The notes under the pieces are model-generated. The model was not told the origin of the DNA. It made no database searches and saw only the letters and a list, made by a program, of their open reading frames with translations. Made by a program: the position numbers and the translations under genes. Source: a virus. Taken from it: DNA of 64,000 nt. Location: the IMG/VR virus record IMGVR_UViG_3300010413_000020, positions 43,282 through 107,281 of that record; one strand, 5' to 3'. How positions within the stretch are numbered: position 1 is the first letter of the stretch; each line of letters begins with the position of its first letter. Of this stretch, positions 55,122 through 64,000 are shown in pieces.

Positions 55122-57836
55122 ATGGCAGCACAACGACCAAATGTCATAGTTTATCAGGAGTATGAGACCCTTACAGTTTCCCCCGACATTCCGGATTTAC
55201 ATGTCCTGATTGTTGGTCCATGTAATCAAATTCTCGACTACCTGGATGACAAAGACGACTGTTATGCGGATGAGTATGGCGAATTAGATGCCAACTCTCC
55301 GCTGGTTTCCCCATCCGCGGTAATACTTTCGGACCCTCCCAATGTTATGCCCGGTGGAGAATTAATAGCGAGTTCTGTCGATATTTATTTTGACGAAGCT
55401 CGTGCGGTGTTGCTTGAATCTACCGCAGGACTTGGAACTCCTGATAAAGGTCAATATTCTCTAGGAGATAATCTCTTTATCGCGCATACAACTGCGGGTG
55501 GAGCGCATTTTGGTTCCGAAGGTGTGGCTCCCGGAGATATCCTCATAGTGAATCCAGCCGCAGGCACGGCAGACTATATTATGACCGTCAACAGTGTCAT
55601 TTATGCATTAAATGATTTTGGCGGAACTCTCGACTTTCAGACCAATGGTGTGCAAGCGGGAGATATAGTTATTCTGACCAATGATAATCCTCCGGGAGGA
55701 GGACCTCGAAACGGTACCTACGAAGTAGTGCGAGTACGAGATGATGAAACTCTCGAATTTACCGGATTAAATTGGGTAGGACATGCTGAAGATTCATTCG
55801 GCGGAGCAAACACAGTAACGATCACTATTACTGATCCTAATGGTGCAGTTCGTTCGGGATATCCTGCCACGGTAGAACTTGCCGATTACTCTGATCTCCG
55901 GATGACCTCTGATTTCAGTGCTAACAGCATTGCTAATAGAGACTGGAGAGTAGAGCGGGATGCTTCGGATCTTGAATTGGATTCAGGCGATTTTTCTGTC
56001 TCTGGAAACGAGATTACGATTAACGGTGGGATTACTGTAGACTTGAGTTCCGTTCTTACTGGCAAAAAGATTTCTTACGCCAAAATCTACGTCCAATATA
56101 TGGCAAAGCGGTCGGATCTCCAGATAGTAAACACTTTTAGTAATTATTCAGAGATGGTTTCGTCTCTGGGTAAATACGATTCGCGAAATCCACTATTCAC
56201 AGGTTGTGTTGTTGCTAAAGCCAATACAACGACTGCAATTAAAGCCTATGCGGTTACTGACGACACCTTAACTGCATATCTGGATTTTATCGACCGTATC
56301 AGTACGGTGCGGGATGTCTATGCGATTGTTCCCCTTACATATGACACTTCTATTTTGGCTGCGCTAAACAGCATGGCTGAACAATTAGCCGATCCTAATG
56401 AAGTTTTGACTCGAGGAATAAAACAAAAGTTCAGGGTCATTTTAGGGGCGGTGGATCTCATTACTCAAAAGTACATGGTGAATGAGTCCAATGGCGGATA
56501 TACCTCTCAAAAGAGTGCAACTGCGCCTTCTGGCGTTAAAACTCTGACGTTTTCTCAAGTAGGAGGCACTAATCCCAACTTTAGTACTGCAGGAATTGTT
56601 CCTGGAGATATCGTTGAAGTTTTTGACAGTGGAGGGGCTACTACAACCTATTACACTGTCGCTCATTTAAACGATTTGTTAGTCCTCGAAACGGATGAGG
56701 TTTTAACAACGGTCACGCTGAATACTGCAACGGACCATTTTAAAATTTGGCCCGCCGCAGAACAGGGAACATGGACTCCAGGTCAAGAAAAGGTTGATAT
56801 GGAAGTAGGCGTTGGTGGAGTAACCAGCTTTACAGTCACAGGTTCCGCTCTGGATAATCTCTATCTGATTTTTGAAGCTGCAGGAGCAAACTTCATTGTC
56901 AATGGGGTTATTCCTGGAGATATAATTGAAATTCCGGAAGATCCTACGGTGGATAGTTGGAGCACAGGAGTTCAGTCCTGGGTTATCACAGATGTCATTA
57001 GTAATGAACGCGTGGCAATTGTAAACAATGGAACCAATACTTCCACGCTGGCCAATGAGCTTCCTCACTTATACAAACGTGAAGATGGCGCTGCTCTGAC
57101 GGGTGGATTGATTTGGTTCCGAGTACTCCGCAATTTGACTAAAGCTCAGCAAGTCGATGAAGTTGTGGCTGTTGCTGAAAGTTTTGCCAGTAAGCGTCTC
57201 ATCTTGGCTTTCCCGGATGAAGTAGATGTAGCGGGACTTGTAGACGGAAGCAAAGAACGTACAGATTCTACAATTCCTGAATTGGCTGATGCACAACCGG
57301 GTTATTACTTAGCTTGCGCTATAGGTGGGTTGACTGCGGGACAACCTCCGCAACAAGGCTTTACCAACATGGGTATCGCAGGAATCTCTCGGATTTACAA
57401 TTCGAGCGATTATTTCAGTGAAGAGCAACTTACTGATTTGTCAAATGGAGGAATCTATACGTTCATCCAAGACAACCCTAGTGCACTGCCCTACTCCATT
57501 CACGAAGTCACAACCGATGTGTCTGCATTAGAATTCAGTGAATATATGGTCGTGAAAGATTTCGACTTTGTAGCTTGGACCTTCCTTGATACCCTGTTGC
57601 CTTTCATTGGTCCATATAATGTTAACCGTGAAACAATTGAGTTCATCCGGCAAGCACTGTTCACAACGGGAGATACATTGAAGAGTCGCTATGTTGCGAA
57701 GATTGGAGCTCCATTAGATTCCTACACTTTAGATGGTGTAGAAACATCTTCGTTGAGCCCAGATCGCATCGAGGCCTACATTGATGTAAACCTCCCCATG
57801 ACTCTAAATACGATTGGATTACACCTGGTGGCGTAA
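55122..57836 (+). CDS. Tail sheath protein
   Basis: 904 aa; N-terminal RPNVIVYQE; C-terminal sheath-like core (GYYLACAIGG, QGFTN, LSNGGIY, IEAYIDVNLPMTLNTIGLHL). Confidence 0.75.
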   Translation: MAAQRPNVIVYQEYETLTVSPDIPDLHVLIVGPCNQILDYLDDKDDCYADEYGELDANSPLVSPSAVILSDPPNVMPGGELIASSVDIYFDEARAVLLESTAGLGTPDKGQYSLGDNLFIAHTTAGGAHFGSEGVAPGDILIVNPAAGTADYIMTVNSVIYALNDFGGTLDFQTNGVQAGDIVILTNDNPPGGGPRNGTYEVVRVRDDETLEFTGLNWVGHAEDSFGGANTVTITITDPNGAVRSGYPATVELADYSDLRMTSDFSANSIANRDWRVERDASDLELDSGDFSVSGNEITINGGITVDLSSVLTGKKISYAKIYVQYMAKRSDLQIVNTFSNYSEMVSSLGKYDSRNPLFTGCVVAKANTTTAIKAYAVTDDTLTAYLDFIDRISTVRDVYAIVPLTYDTSILAALNSMAEQLADPNEVLTRGIKQKFRVILGAVDLITQKYMVNESNGGYTSQKSATAPSGVKTLTFSQVGGTNPNFSTAGIVPGDIVEVFDSGGATTTYYTVAHLNDLLVLETDEVLTTVTLNTATDHFKIWPAAEQGTWTPGQEKVDMEVGVGGVTSFTVTGSALDNLYLIFEAAGANFIVNGVIPGDIIEIPEDPTVDSWSTGVQSWVITDVISNERVAIVNNGTNTSTLANELPHLYKREDGAALTGGLIWFRVLRNLTKAQQVDEVVAVAESFASKRLILAFPDEVDVAGLVDGSKERTDSTIPELADAQPGYYLACAIGGLTAGQPPQQGFTNMGIAGISRIYNSSDYFSEEQLTDLSNGGIYTFIQDNPSALPYSIHEVTTDVSALEFSEYMVVKDFDFVAWTFLDTLLPFIGPYNVNRETIEFIRQALFTTGDTLKSRYVAKIGAPLDSYTLDGVETSSLSPDRIEAYIDVNLPMTLNTIGLHLVA

Positions 57837-58454
57837 ATGCAGACAGTCTCTTCAGAAGATATTATCAAACTCGGATATTGTATTGGACAAACCAATGCTA
57901 TGTCTGAGCTTGGCTATCCTGAAGAGATAATTAAAGAAGCACAAGGACCTATAGCTTGGATTGCTTCTAAGCTTCCCGCTGCCGGTAGGTGGTTGGCAAG
58001 GGGAGGGGTAACTTTAGCTCGAGCAGGGGCCGAACGGGCTGCAGCCGGTGGCGCAGGCTATACTGCGAAAGGCCTAGGAAGTCTCCAAGGATTTTTTGGA
58101 CGGGGTGCTGCAGGCGTTGGAAGAAATCTTTCATCTGCTGGTTATGCTTTTGGAAGGAATCCTTGGGGTACAGTAGGTCGTGGACTTTTAAATTATGGCA
58201 AAGGTGCGATTTTTATGGGAGGGCGGGGAATCGGTGGTAAACTAGGTAAAGCTACTTTTGCCGGACAAATGGGAAAAATGATGTTCGGCCCCGGAGAAGC
58301 TGCGGCAGGAAGAATGGTTGGAGGCCCTGCAATGGGAGGTTACGGAGGTATGGGAGGCGGTTACATGGGTATGGGAGGTTATGCCGGAGCTGGAAATTAT
58401 ATGGGAACACCCGGTACTAATTTGTGGACAAATCCCCATCCGTGGGGATATTAG
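57837..58454 (+). CDS. Gly-rich basic hypothetical protein between sheath and tube
   Basis: 205 aa; N-terminal YCIGQTNAMSELGY..KEA motif. Confidence 0.6.
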   Translation: MQTVSSEDIIKLGYCIGQTNAMSELGYPEEIIKEAQGPIAWIASKLPAAGRWLARGGVTLARAGAERAAAGGAGYTAKGLGSLQGFFGRGAAGVGRNLSSAGYAFGRNPWGTVGRGLLNYGKGAIFMGGRGIGGKLGKATFAGQMGKMMFGPGEAAAGRMVGGPAMGGYGGMGGGYMGMGGYAGAGNYMGTPGTNLWTNPHPWGY

Positions 58455-58475
58455 TAAAGAGAACGGAGGGTAAAG

Positions 58476-59246
58476 ATGCCCCTGGGAATTACAAAAGGAA
58501 TTCAGTTTTGGAAAACTCAATCGCAAACGGTTGAGCGTTTTACTGACGATGCCGCGTATACATCGGCGCATCCAGACGATACCCTAGTATTGGCGGGACC
58601 TCCGCGTCAACTTGACGTAGCTCAAGGTGGTGGAGCAACGTCTGGTTTTGGTAGTCTCATTGCTATTGGAATGATTCAGGGATTCCAATTCAACAGTCAA
58701 AAGCCGACACAACCAATGCAGGCCATAGGCTCTGGACGAACTTATTTCGTCTCAGGGAAAAGCCAAACTACATGGCGTATTGGGAGACTGTTTTGTAATG
58801 GTCGCAATCTGTTGCGAGTTCTTTACCACAATGCGGTGTCCATGAACTTGCCGGTACAGGATTTCGACGATAGGCCAGTAGGTCAAAGTTTCCAGGATAC
58901 CTATTACATCAACCTGGATTCAGAGCTCTATTACATTCCCTTTGGAATAGCCGCAATGTTCCGAGATAAAGCCAAAGACTTCCTGGGAGCTGTCTATTTG
59001 GAGTTATCCATGATTCAAAGCTATGGAGTAGGTTTCAATGCGGGGCAGGCCATGATAATGGAAGATGTTAATGGTATGTGCGACCGTGTACTCCCCTGGA
59101 GGCCTACTGGAATATCTGCTGATCCTGAAGTCTCTCGGGATACTATTGATGAAGTTATCGGGTTTATTAATGGTACGGGACTTCCTACTGACGGTACAGG
59201 TCTTCAAGACGATTTAGCGCCACAGCCTCCTTCACAATCTCTTTAA
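58476..59246 (+). CDS. Probable tail tube protein
   Basis: 256 aa near the sheath; IGMIQGFQ..QPMQAIGS pattern resembles tube proteins. Confidence 0.55.
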   Translation: MPLGITKGIQFWKTQSQTVERFTDDAAYTSAHPDDTLVLAGPPRQLDVAQGGGATSGFGSLIAIGMIQGFQFNSQKPTQPMQAIGSGRTYFVSGKSQTTWRIGRLFCNGRNLLRVLYHNAVSMNLPVQDFDDRPVGQSFQDTYYINLDSELYYIPFGIAAMFRDKAKDFLGAVYLELSMIQSYGVGFNAGQAMIMEDVNGMCDRVLPWRPTGISADPEVSRDTIDEVIGFINGTGLPTDGTGLQDDLAPQPPSQSL

Positions 59247-59267
59247 CTTTATGCTATAGTTTTCTAG

Positions 59268-60827
59268 ATGGCACCTAAAGTTAAACATCTAGGAGACAAT
59301 CCCGAAGCTACTCGAAAACTAGCTCTTGGAGAATACCCTGTCGGGGAAAGTCCACAGCCCCATAAAAGCGAATTAGCTGAGGTGATGGCGTTTAACCCAT
59401 CATTAAATTCTTACATTGTAGTTACTAGAGGAAGTGGGGGAAACGCTAAACAACCTGGACGACGACAATTAAGAGGAATCCCGCGAATGGTTGACCGTCC
59501 AGGACGTGTTTCTCCTTTGTCCACCGGCACGGTAGTTGTAATTAATTGGGAACTCGGTTTTCCGTATATTGCTGGAGTTCTCAATGTTAATACAGTCAAA
59601 GCTGACGTTGAAGGTGGAGTTCAAGAACCTATGACTGTTGGAGAGGGAGTTTCTGCTTCAGTTAATAAATCATTAAGTGAAACGGATTCCAGTGACCCAG
59701 GATACTATCGTTTTCCAGGAACTCCCGAAGATGTGGTAGGTGGCGACTGGATGGAAATAACTCCGGATGGAAATTATGTAGGAGCATTCCGGAGAAATTA
59801 CAATGTAATGAGTGCAGGTAAGGGGCATAAAGCAAAATTTGAGCAATTCGGAGAGAAAGATCTAACCCGTCTAACTACTGGAGATCATGAGCTAATTACC
59901 GATTTTGGTGTTCTAGAAATATATAATGAAGAGGGCCGATGCGGTCTTTCTTTTAGGGCAGCGGCAGACCAACTAAACGAAAGTGGAGGTAAAGAACAGC
60001 AATGGACTTTCAAATTAGATATTGGAGATCAAGGTGACTTTTTCAATATGGAAGTTTTAGACACAGCACAAAAAACTAAAGCTAAATTTCATATATCCGC
60101 AGATGGTCGTGTTACACTCATTGGGGTTAATGGATTAGATTTAATAAATGGCGGCACTACGCCTAAACATGAAGAAACTGCGGGTCCTGTAATCCAACGA
60201 TTTTTAGATAAATTTACTTCTTATATTGAGGGTGCTTTTACCCAAGAAATAAAAAGTTCGAGAACTATAGAAGTTTCCGAAATAGATAAAAAAATAGTCG
60301 GAGGGATTAAAAGTCTCTCTGTTAATTCAAATGAATTTATTAATGTCGGAGGAAACAGACAAGAAGTTGTTACAGGGGGGTCTCCTCTTTTAGCTTCGCC
60401 TCTTAATGTCGCCATTGAAAGCCAGATACTTAATGGAAGTTATCATTTAGAAGTAGGGAATCCTTCCTTAGGATCTAATCCTTTGGCACAGGCTGGAATG
60501 ACTTTTGCGGTTAATAATGGCGATATCGTCTTAGGTCAAAATCCTAAAGCCATTGTTCCTGCTGTAAAAGCTCGTGTGAGTTTAAATTCATTTCTTTCAA
60601 ATTCAATTGCCTTAGGCGGACTTGCTGAGCGAATATCTAATAACCCAGCTCTTTTTCATGCAGTTTTATATGAGGTTCTTCAGCCCGTTCTTTCGGGGAT
60701 GATGGCTATGTTTGATTCTCATGTTCATGTTCCCCCTGGAAACACCCCGCCTACTGTTTTGATGACCCCTTTGTATACTTTATCGCTCTTAAATATGCAA
60801 AGCCAAAGAGTTCTTATAGGACTTTAA
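59268..60827 (+). CDS. Probable baseplate hub/spike protein
   Basis: N-terminal OB-like region (GTVVVI..FPYIAG), beta-repeat-like middle, C-terminal HxH (DSHVH) typical of spike tips. Confidence 0.6.
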   Translation: MAPKVKHLGDNPEATRKLALGEYPVGESPQPHKSELAEVMAFNPSLNSYIVVTRGSGGNAKQPGRRQLRGIPRMVDRPGRVSPLSTGTVVVINWELGFPYIAGVLNVNTVKADVEGGVQEPMTVGEGVSASVNKSLSETDSSDPGYYRFPGTPEDVVGGDWMEITPDGNYVGAFRRNYNVMSAGKGHKAKFEQFGEKDLTRLTTGDHELITDFGVLEIYNEEGRCGLSFRAAADQLNESGGKEQQWTFKLDIGDQGDFFNMEVLDTAQKTKAKFHISADGRVTLIGVNGLDLINGGTTPKHEETAGPVIQRFLDKFTSYIEGAFTQEIKSSRTIEVSEIDKKIVGGIKSLSVNSNEFINVGGNRQEVVTGGSPLLASPLNVAIESQILNGSYHLEVGNPSLGSNPLAQAGMTFAVNNGDIVLGQNPKAIVPAVKARVSLNSFLSNSIALGGLAERISNNPALFHAVLYEVLQPVLSGMMAMFDSHVHVPPGNTPPTVLMTPLYTLSLLNMQSQRVLIGL

Positions 60828-60906
60828 GATTTGGTTGTTGAAGGAGAATAAACAGACTATACTTCTAACGAATTCGGAAAAAGGTAACCGAACGGAGGAA
60901 TAGAAA

Positions 60907-61773
60907 ATGTTAAAAGTCACCATTACGGCAAATGACAGTCCTATTACTGTTCAGGACCCGCGACCTACCAACAACTATGGCGAAGAGCAAGCGGCTTATT
61001 CGCTCGAACCCGGTGAAACCAAATCAGTCAATGTCAGCTGGCAATACATTGAACGAATCGCTGCCCAGCTGGAAGCACTGGCGGCATTAGACCCTCCGCT
61101 GTGCTCTTTTACGATTGAGCCTTCGGATGCTCCGATGTTTGTACAACAAAGTGATGCTCCCGATGTTCCAATCATAGATTACATCGACAAGAATGCTCCA
61201 GTGCAAGCAGGAGATACGCTTGTTGCTACCGGTCCAAACCTGGCCGGTGGTGCAATGGCATATGCTGAAATCGTCGGTGATGGTGCTGTTGGTAAATGTG
61301 AACTCTATGCAATGCCTGGTAGTGATGGCAATCTCTACGATATAGAAGTAGTGGATACCGGTGGAGGAGGACTTTCAGTAGCGATTAATACTGTCGGAAG
61401 TCGAGAAGTTATCACTATCGACCTGGGCGGTTCTGCTGCAGAAACCGTGACTACTCTCGCAGCTCTTATCAACAACTCGGGAAGTGCTACTTATGGTCTG
61501 GTATTTGCTAGAGCAACGGGTACAGGTACCGACCCTGTTACTACCGCTCGAGATTTGGTAGCTTTCAGTGGAGGAACCGGTGTTGGTCTCAGCGTTACAC
61601 TAGCCGGTGTTGCCTGTGTGGTGACTGACATCGACGATTCAACGCCAACAGCAGTTGTACTTACGATAGCTACAGGAGACTACTCTACGCTCGGTTTAGC
61701 GTCAGGTGCCCCTATCACGCTCCAAATACGCGCTAACGGCAAGCTCACCTTTGCTACTCTGGTTGCCGCCTAG
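60907..61773 (+). CDS. Hypothetical structural protein
   Basis: 288 aa, Thr/Gly/Ala-rich, GGAGG RBS. Confidence 0.65.
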   Translation: MLKVTITANDSPITVQDPRPTNNYGEEQAAYSLEPGETKSVNVSWQYIERIAAQLEALAALDPPLCSFTIEPSDAPMFVQQSDAPDVPIIDYIDKNAPVQAGDTLVATGPNLAGGAMAYAEIVGDGAVGKCELYAMPGSDGNLYDIEVVDTGGGGLSVAINTVGSREVITIDLGGSAAETVTTLAALINNSGSATYGLVFARATGTGTDPVTTARDLVAFSGGTGVGLSVTLAGVACVVTDIDDSTPTAVVLTIATGDYSTLGLASGAPITLQIRANGKLTFATLVAA

Positions 61774-61775
61774 CC

Positions 61776-61880
61776 AAAAAAAGGGATGGCCGAAGTTGTG
61801 GGTTTCCTCAGCCATCCCGGTCGAGTGCCCCTCGACCACTTTGAGCCCCCTACTAGCCGCTCTGGTGGGGGGCTCGATTT
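61776..61880. terminator. Hairpin cluster between convergent genes (probable terminators for both strands)
   Basis: GGGATGGC/GCCATCCC with A7 upstream (minus-strand U-tract); GGTCGAG/CTCGACC; GAGCCCCC/GGGGGCTC followed by GATTTT. Confidence 0.65.
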
Positions 61881-61881
61881 T

Positions 61882-62577
61882 CTAGATCAATCCGCGGTCA
61901 CTAGCTTCTTCTCTGAACTCCTCTAATTTTTCTCCTGCCATTTTAGCTCCAACATTAAGTTCTTCTTCGGGATATTCATATAACATGATCGGTCTAAGTA
62001 ATTCTTTAGTCCACAACACTCGTTTGGTTACTCTTGAAAAATTGATTCGTATTATCGCTTGGACTGCCGATATAAATTCGTCGTTATGTAGATTTGCGAT
62101 TCTAACAATGTTTCCTTCGGTGTTCATCCATTTGTCAATATTTTCAATCCAGGTCCAATATTCAGGAGCTTTGACCGTACTTGAGCGTATTGCGGCTTTC
62201 TCCTGTTTTTTAATTTTATTAGGTTGAACTACACTCCTTTCAGATACTTCTTTTTCCAGTTCTTTTAGATAAGTAATCCACTGGGAATATTTACACTTAA
62301 GATTCTGATGACCGGCTGGTTGAAAAAAGAGTTCCTCAAGTTCTAAACGATTTTCATCTACCAGTTTTTGTGGAGTATACATACCGCTAAGTAAATCTAG
62401 CTTATTTTTTTCACATAAAATTACGTGGTCTTTTTCGGAACAAGATGCCAGAAAAAATATGGTACCATCACCCATTCTTGCTACCACTTCTTTAACCGCA
62501 TCTTGTCCACATTTCGGACAACTACAAATCTGGAATTTATCAAGTTGTTCTCGTATATAAAGTGGTAAATGCACCAT
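61882..62577 (-). CDS. Hypothetical protein with N-terminal zinc ribbon
   Basis: 231 aa; CSCPKCG..C..H; AAGGAG RBS. Confidence 0.7.
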   Translation of the reverse strand: MVHLPLYIREQLDKFQICSCPKCGQDAVKEVVARMGDGTIFFLASCSEKDHVILCEKNKLDLLSGMYTPQKLVDENRLELEELFFQPAGHQNLKCKYSQWITYLKELEKEVSERSVVQPNKIKKQEKAAIRSSTVKAPEYWTWIENIDKWMNTEGNIVRIANLHNDEFISAVQAIIRINFSRVTKRVLWTKELLRPIMLYEYPEEELNVGAKMAGEKLEEFREEASDRGLI

Positions 62578-62591
62578 GAATTTCTCCTTCT

Positions 62592-62654
62592 AAAAAAATC
62601 GTTCGGAGCCTTATAGGGTGCCCCAGAGTTTTATCTCTGGGACACCCTCGGCTC
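62592..62654 (-). terminator. Putative terminator after the 62661 gene
   Basis: Long hairpin GAGCC..AGGGTG..CCCAGAG/CTCTGGG..CACCCT..GGCTC with a T7 run shortly downstream on the minus strand. Confidence 0.55.
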
Positions 62655-62660
62655 TTCCGT

Positions 62661-63035
62661 CTACGCGGCCCTCTTGTCCTTCTTGGACTTTTTGTCCGAG
62701 CCCTTCTCCTCGTCTTCGTCCTCGTCCTCGTCGTCCTTCTCCTCCTTCTCCATCTCCTTCACCGCCTCGGCCACTTTCTTGGCCTGCTCCTTGTTCAGGA
62801 TGATGGTTGCTTTTCTGGACTTGATTTTGACGGTGCCTTTCTTCTCGTCGCCTTCGACGTTTTTGCCCTCGATGAGGCGCTCGGCACCTTTCATGCCGAG
62901 ACCCACGATGAGGGTTCCCACCGCTGCGGCTCCGGACATCTTTAGCAAGTCACCGAAGGACAGCCCACCGGCCTCGCTCGCCTCGCCCAGGGATATTCCA
63001 TCCTCTCGGGCATTCTGCTGGATCAAAGTTTTCAT
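62661..63035 (-). CDS. Small early-type protein with hydrophobic segment and charged tail
   Basis: 124 aa, AAGGAGG RBS, own promoter motif and terminator, GC-rich codons. Confidence 0.7.
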   Translation of the reverse strand: MKTLIQQNAREDGISLGEASEAGGLSFGDLLKMSGAAAVGTLIVGLGMKGAERLIEGKNVEGDEKKGTVKIKSRKATIILNKEQAKKVAEAVKEMEKEEKDDEDEDEDEEKGSDKKSKKDKRAA

Positions 63036-63092
63036 GAAATTTCCTCCTTGAAAAATGTTTACGCCTAGGTCGTGTCACTAAACCCAGGTCTG

Positions 63093-63108
63093 TTCATCTT
63101 CTTATACC
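63093..63108 (-). promoter_or_regulatory. Promoter-like motif GGTATAAGAAGATGAA
   Basis: Matches the motif at 29071-29086; about 60 nt upstream of the 63035 start. Confidence 0.55.
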
Positions 63109-63344
63109 TTTAAATAGAGGGTGTTTTTGCTTCGTATTTCTTGCTTCGTTTTTATCACTACTGCCACTACCGCTATTTGTTAAGAAACGATTTTGATTTC
63201 TAAATCTTCTACTTCGGTGAAATCAATCTCCTGGTTTCCGATTAACATATTCGAGATTTCCTCCTCATTTTTCCCGAACTGTGCTATTGTACCTTTTACG
63301 ACTCCGTAACAGTTTCTCTATCTTTCATTGCGATACCCTCCTGG

Positions 63345-63617
63345 TTGGTGTATTTTTGTTGTATGGTGTGGCAGCGGAGAGCTAATAATTTAGATAAGCT
63401 AGAAACTCTCAGTTCTCTAGTTGTACGACTATTGCGTTTAAGTATGTTTCAAAAACTAAGTAGGGGCGAACAACAATTGCGGGTTTATGGTATTTCTCCG
63501 GGTTTGACAGATGAGTATGCAAAATACGCACAGGAAGAAACCCGCGTATTGATAAAACAGTCGAAAAAAGAATCTGAATTATTACGAATTAAAACGCCTA
63601 AAGAAAGTGCTTTTTAA
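63345..63617 (+). CDS. Hypothetical protein (start uncertain)
   Basis: 90-aa ORF coupled to the next gene by TAATG. Confidence 0.45.
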   Translation: MVYFCCMVWQRRANNLDKLETLSSLVVRLLRLSMFQKLSRGEQQLRVYGISPGLTDEYAKYAQEETRVLIKQSKKESELLRIKTPKESAF

Positions 63618-64000
63618 TGACAATTACTATAGAGAACGGTAAACGGTCAGCACAACAAATCGCGTCTTTAAGTACCGCTTTATACCTGAAAGCTAACGCT
63701 AAATATAAAAAATTGATAATAGATTATCTTGGACATTTTCCTTTAGCGTTAGCTATTGGACATCTTCTCAGAGTCAATCCTAGACTTGAAGATTCCCCAG
63801 ACGTCACCAAAGATGGACGCCGAGGTTTTATGTTTGCTCGACGTAGATATGCGATTCAAGCAGACATAGATTGGGATAAATTAGATACCCCGAGAACTGG
63901 GGCATATATTTGGGGTAGAGACATAAACGATACTTCATTAACTTTTTATACCTCAAATTCTTCTCTCTTTTCACAGCCAGATGTTGACTTTTGGCGCACG
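63617..64000 (+). CDS. Hypothetical protein (partial, runs off the window edge)
   Basis: ATG 63617, open to 64000: MTITIENGKRSAQQ...DVDFWRT. Confidence 0.6.
   Translation, partial: MTITIENGKRSAQQIASLSTALYLKANAKYKKLIIDYLGHFPLALAIGHLLRVNPRLEDSPDVTKDGRRGFMFARRRYAIQADIDWDKLDTPRTGAYIWGRDINDTSLTFYTSNSSLFSQPDVDFWRT

Noticed and set aside
422-63051. Numerous short ORFs antisense to or nested in long genes in the six-frame track
   Set aside because: They are shadow ORFs overlapping well-supported genes, with no independent evidence
63180-63328. Small minus-strand ORF or frameshifted gene (MLIGNQEIDF..., with GAGGAGG upstream)
   Set aside because: Only about 22 codons, with an in-frame stop upstream and no recognisable motif
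1-64000. tRNA/rRNA genes, inteins, introns, stop-codon reassignment, integrase or transposase
   Set aside because: None recognised by eye. Long genes are intact under the standard code and have no obvious intein-sized insertions; tRNAscan was not run

Overview
This 64-kb window is a gene-dense segment of a large tailed (myovirus-like) phage genome, read with the standard genetic code. Minus-strand blocks hold replication and accessory genes: a PolA with an N-terminal UDG-like domain, a primase-ATPase fusion, two Cas4-like PD-(D/E)xK nucleases, an SNF2-like helicase, ParB, an amidase endolysin, a MoxR AAA+/VWA pair and a retron-type reverse transcriptase (RT). Plus-strand blocks hold late and virion genes: terminase, probable portal, a split multisubunit RNA polymerase (beta fused to the N-half of beta', plus a separate beta' C-half), a LigD-like Pol+PE fusion, prohead protease, capsid, neck, sheath, tube and spike. 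A zinc-ribbon-rich sigma factor is also on the plus strand. The most striking feature is a ~1-kb non-coding GC-rich array at 10006-10908. It has ten 12-nt repeats (GGCACTGCTGTC), each paired with a different long hairpin. On the minus strand the array is preceded by a promoter-like motif and an msr-like leader whose first 7 nt (GGUACUG) can pair with every repeat. The retron-type RT at 1551-2723 has no room for an adjacent ncRNA, so together these look like a 'multi-msd' retron-like system able to make a panel of different hairpin ssDNAs. This link is an inference and is not demonstrated. All protein calls come from motif recognition by eye, not from database searches.
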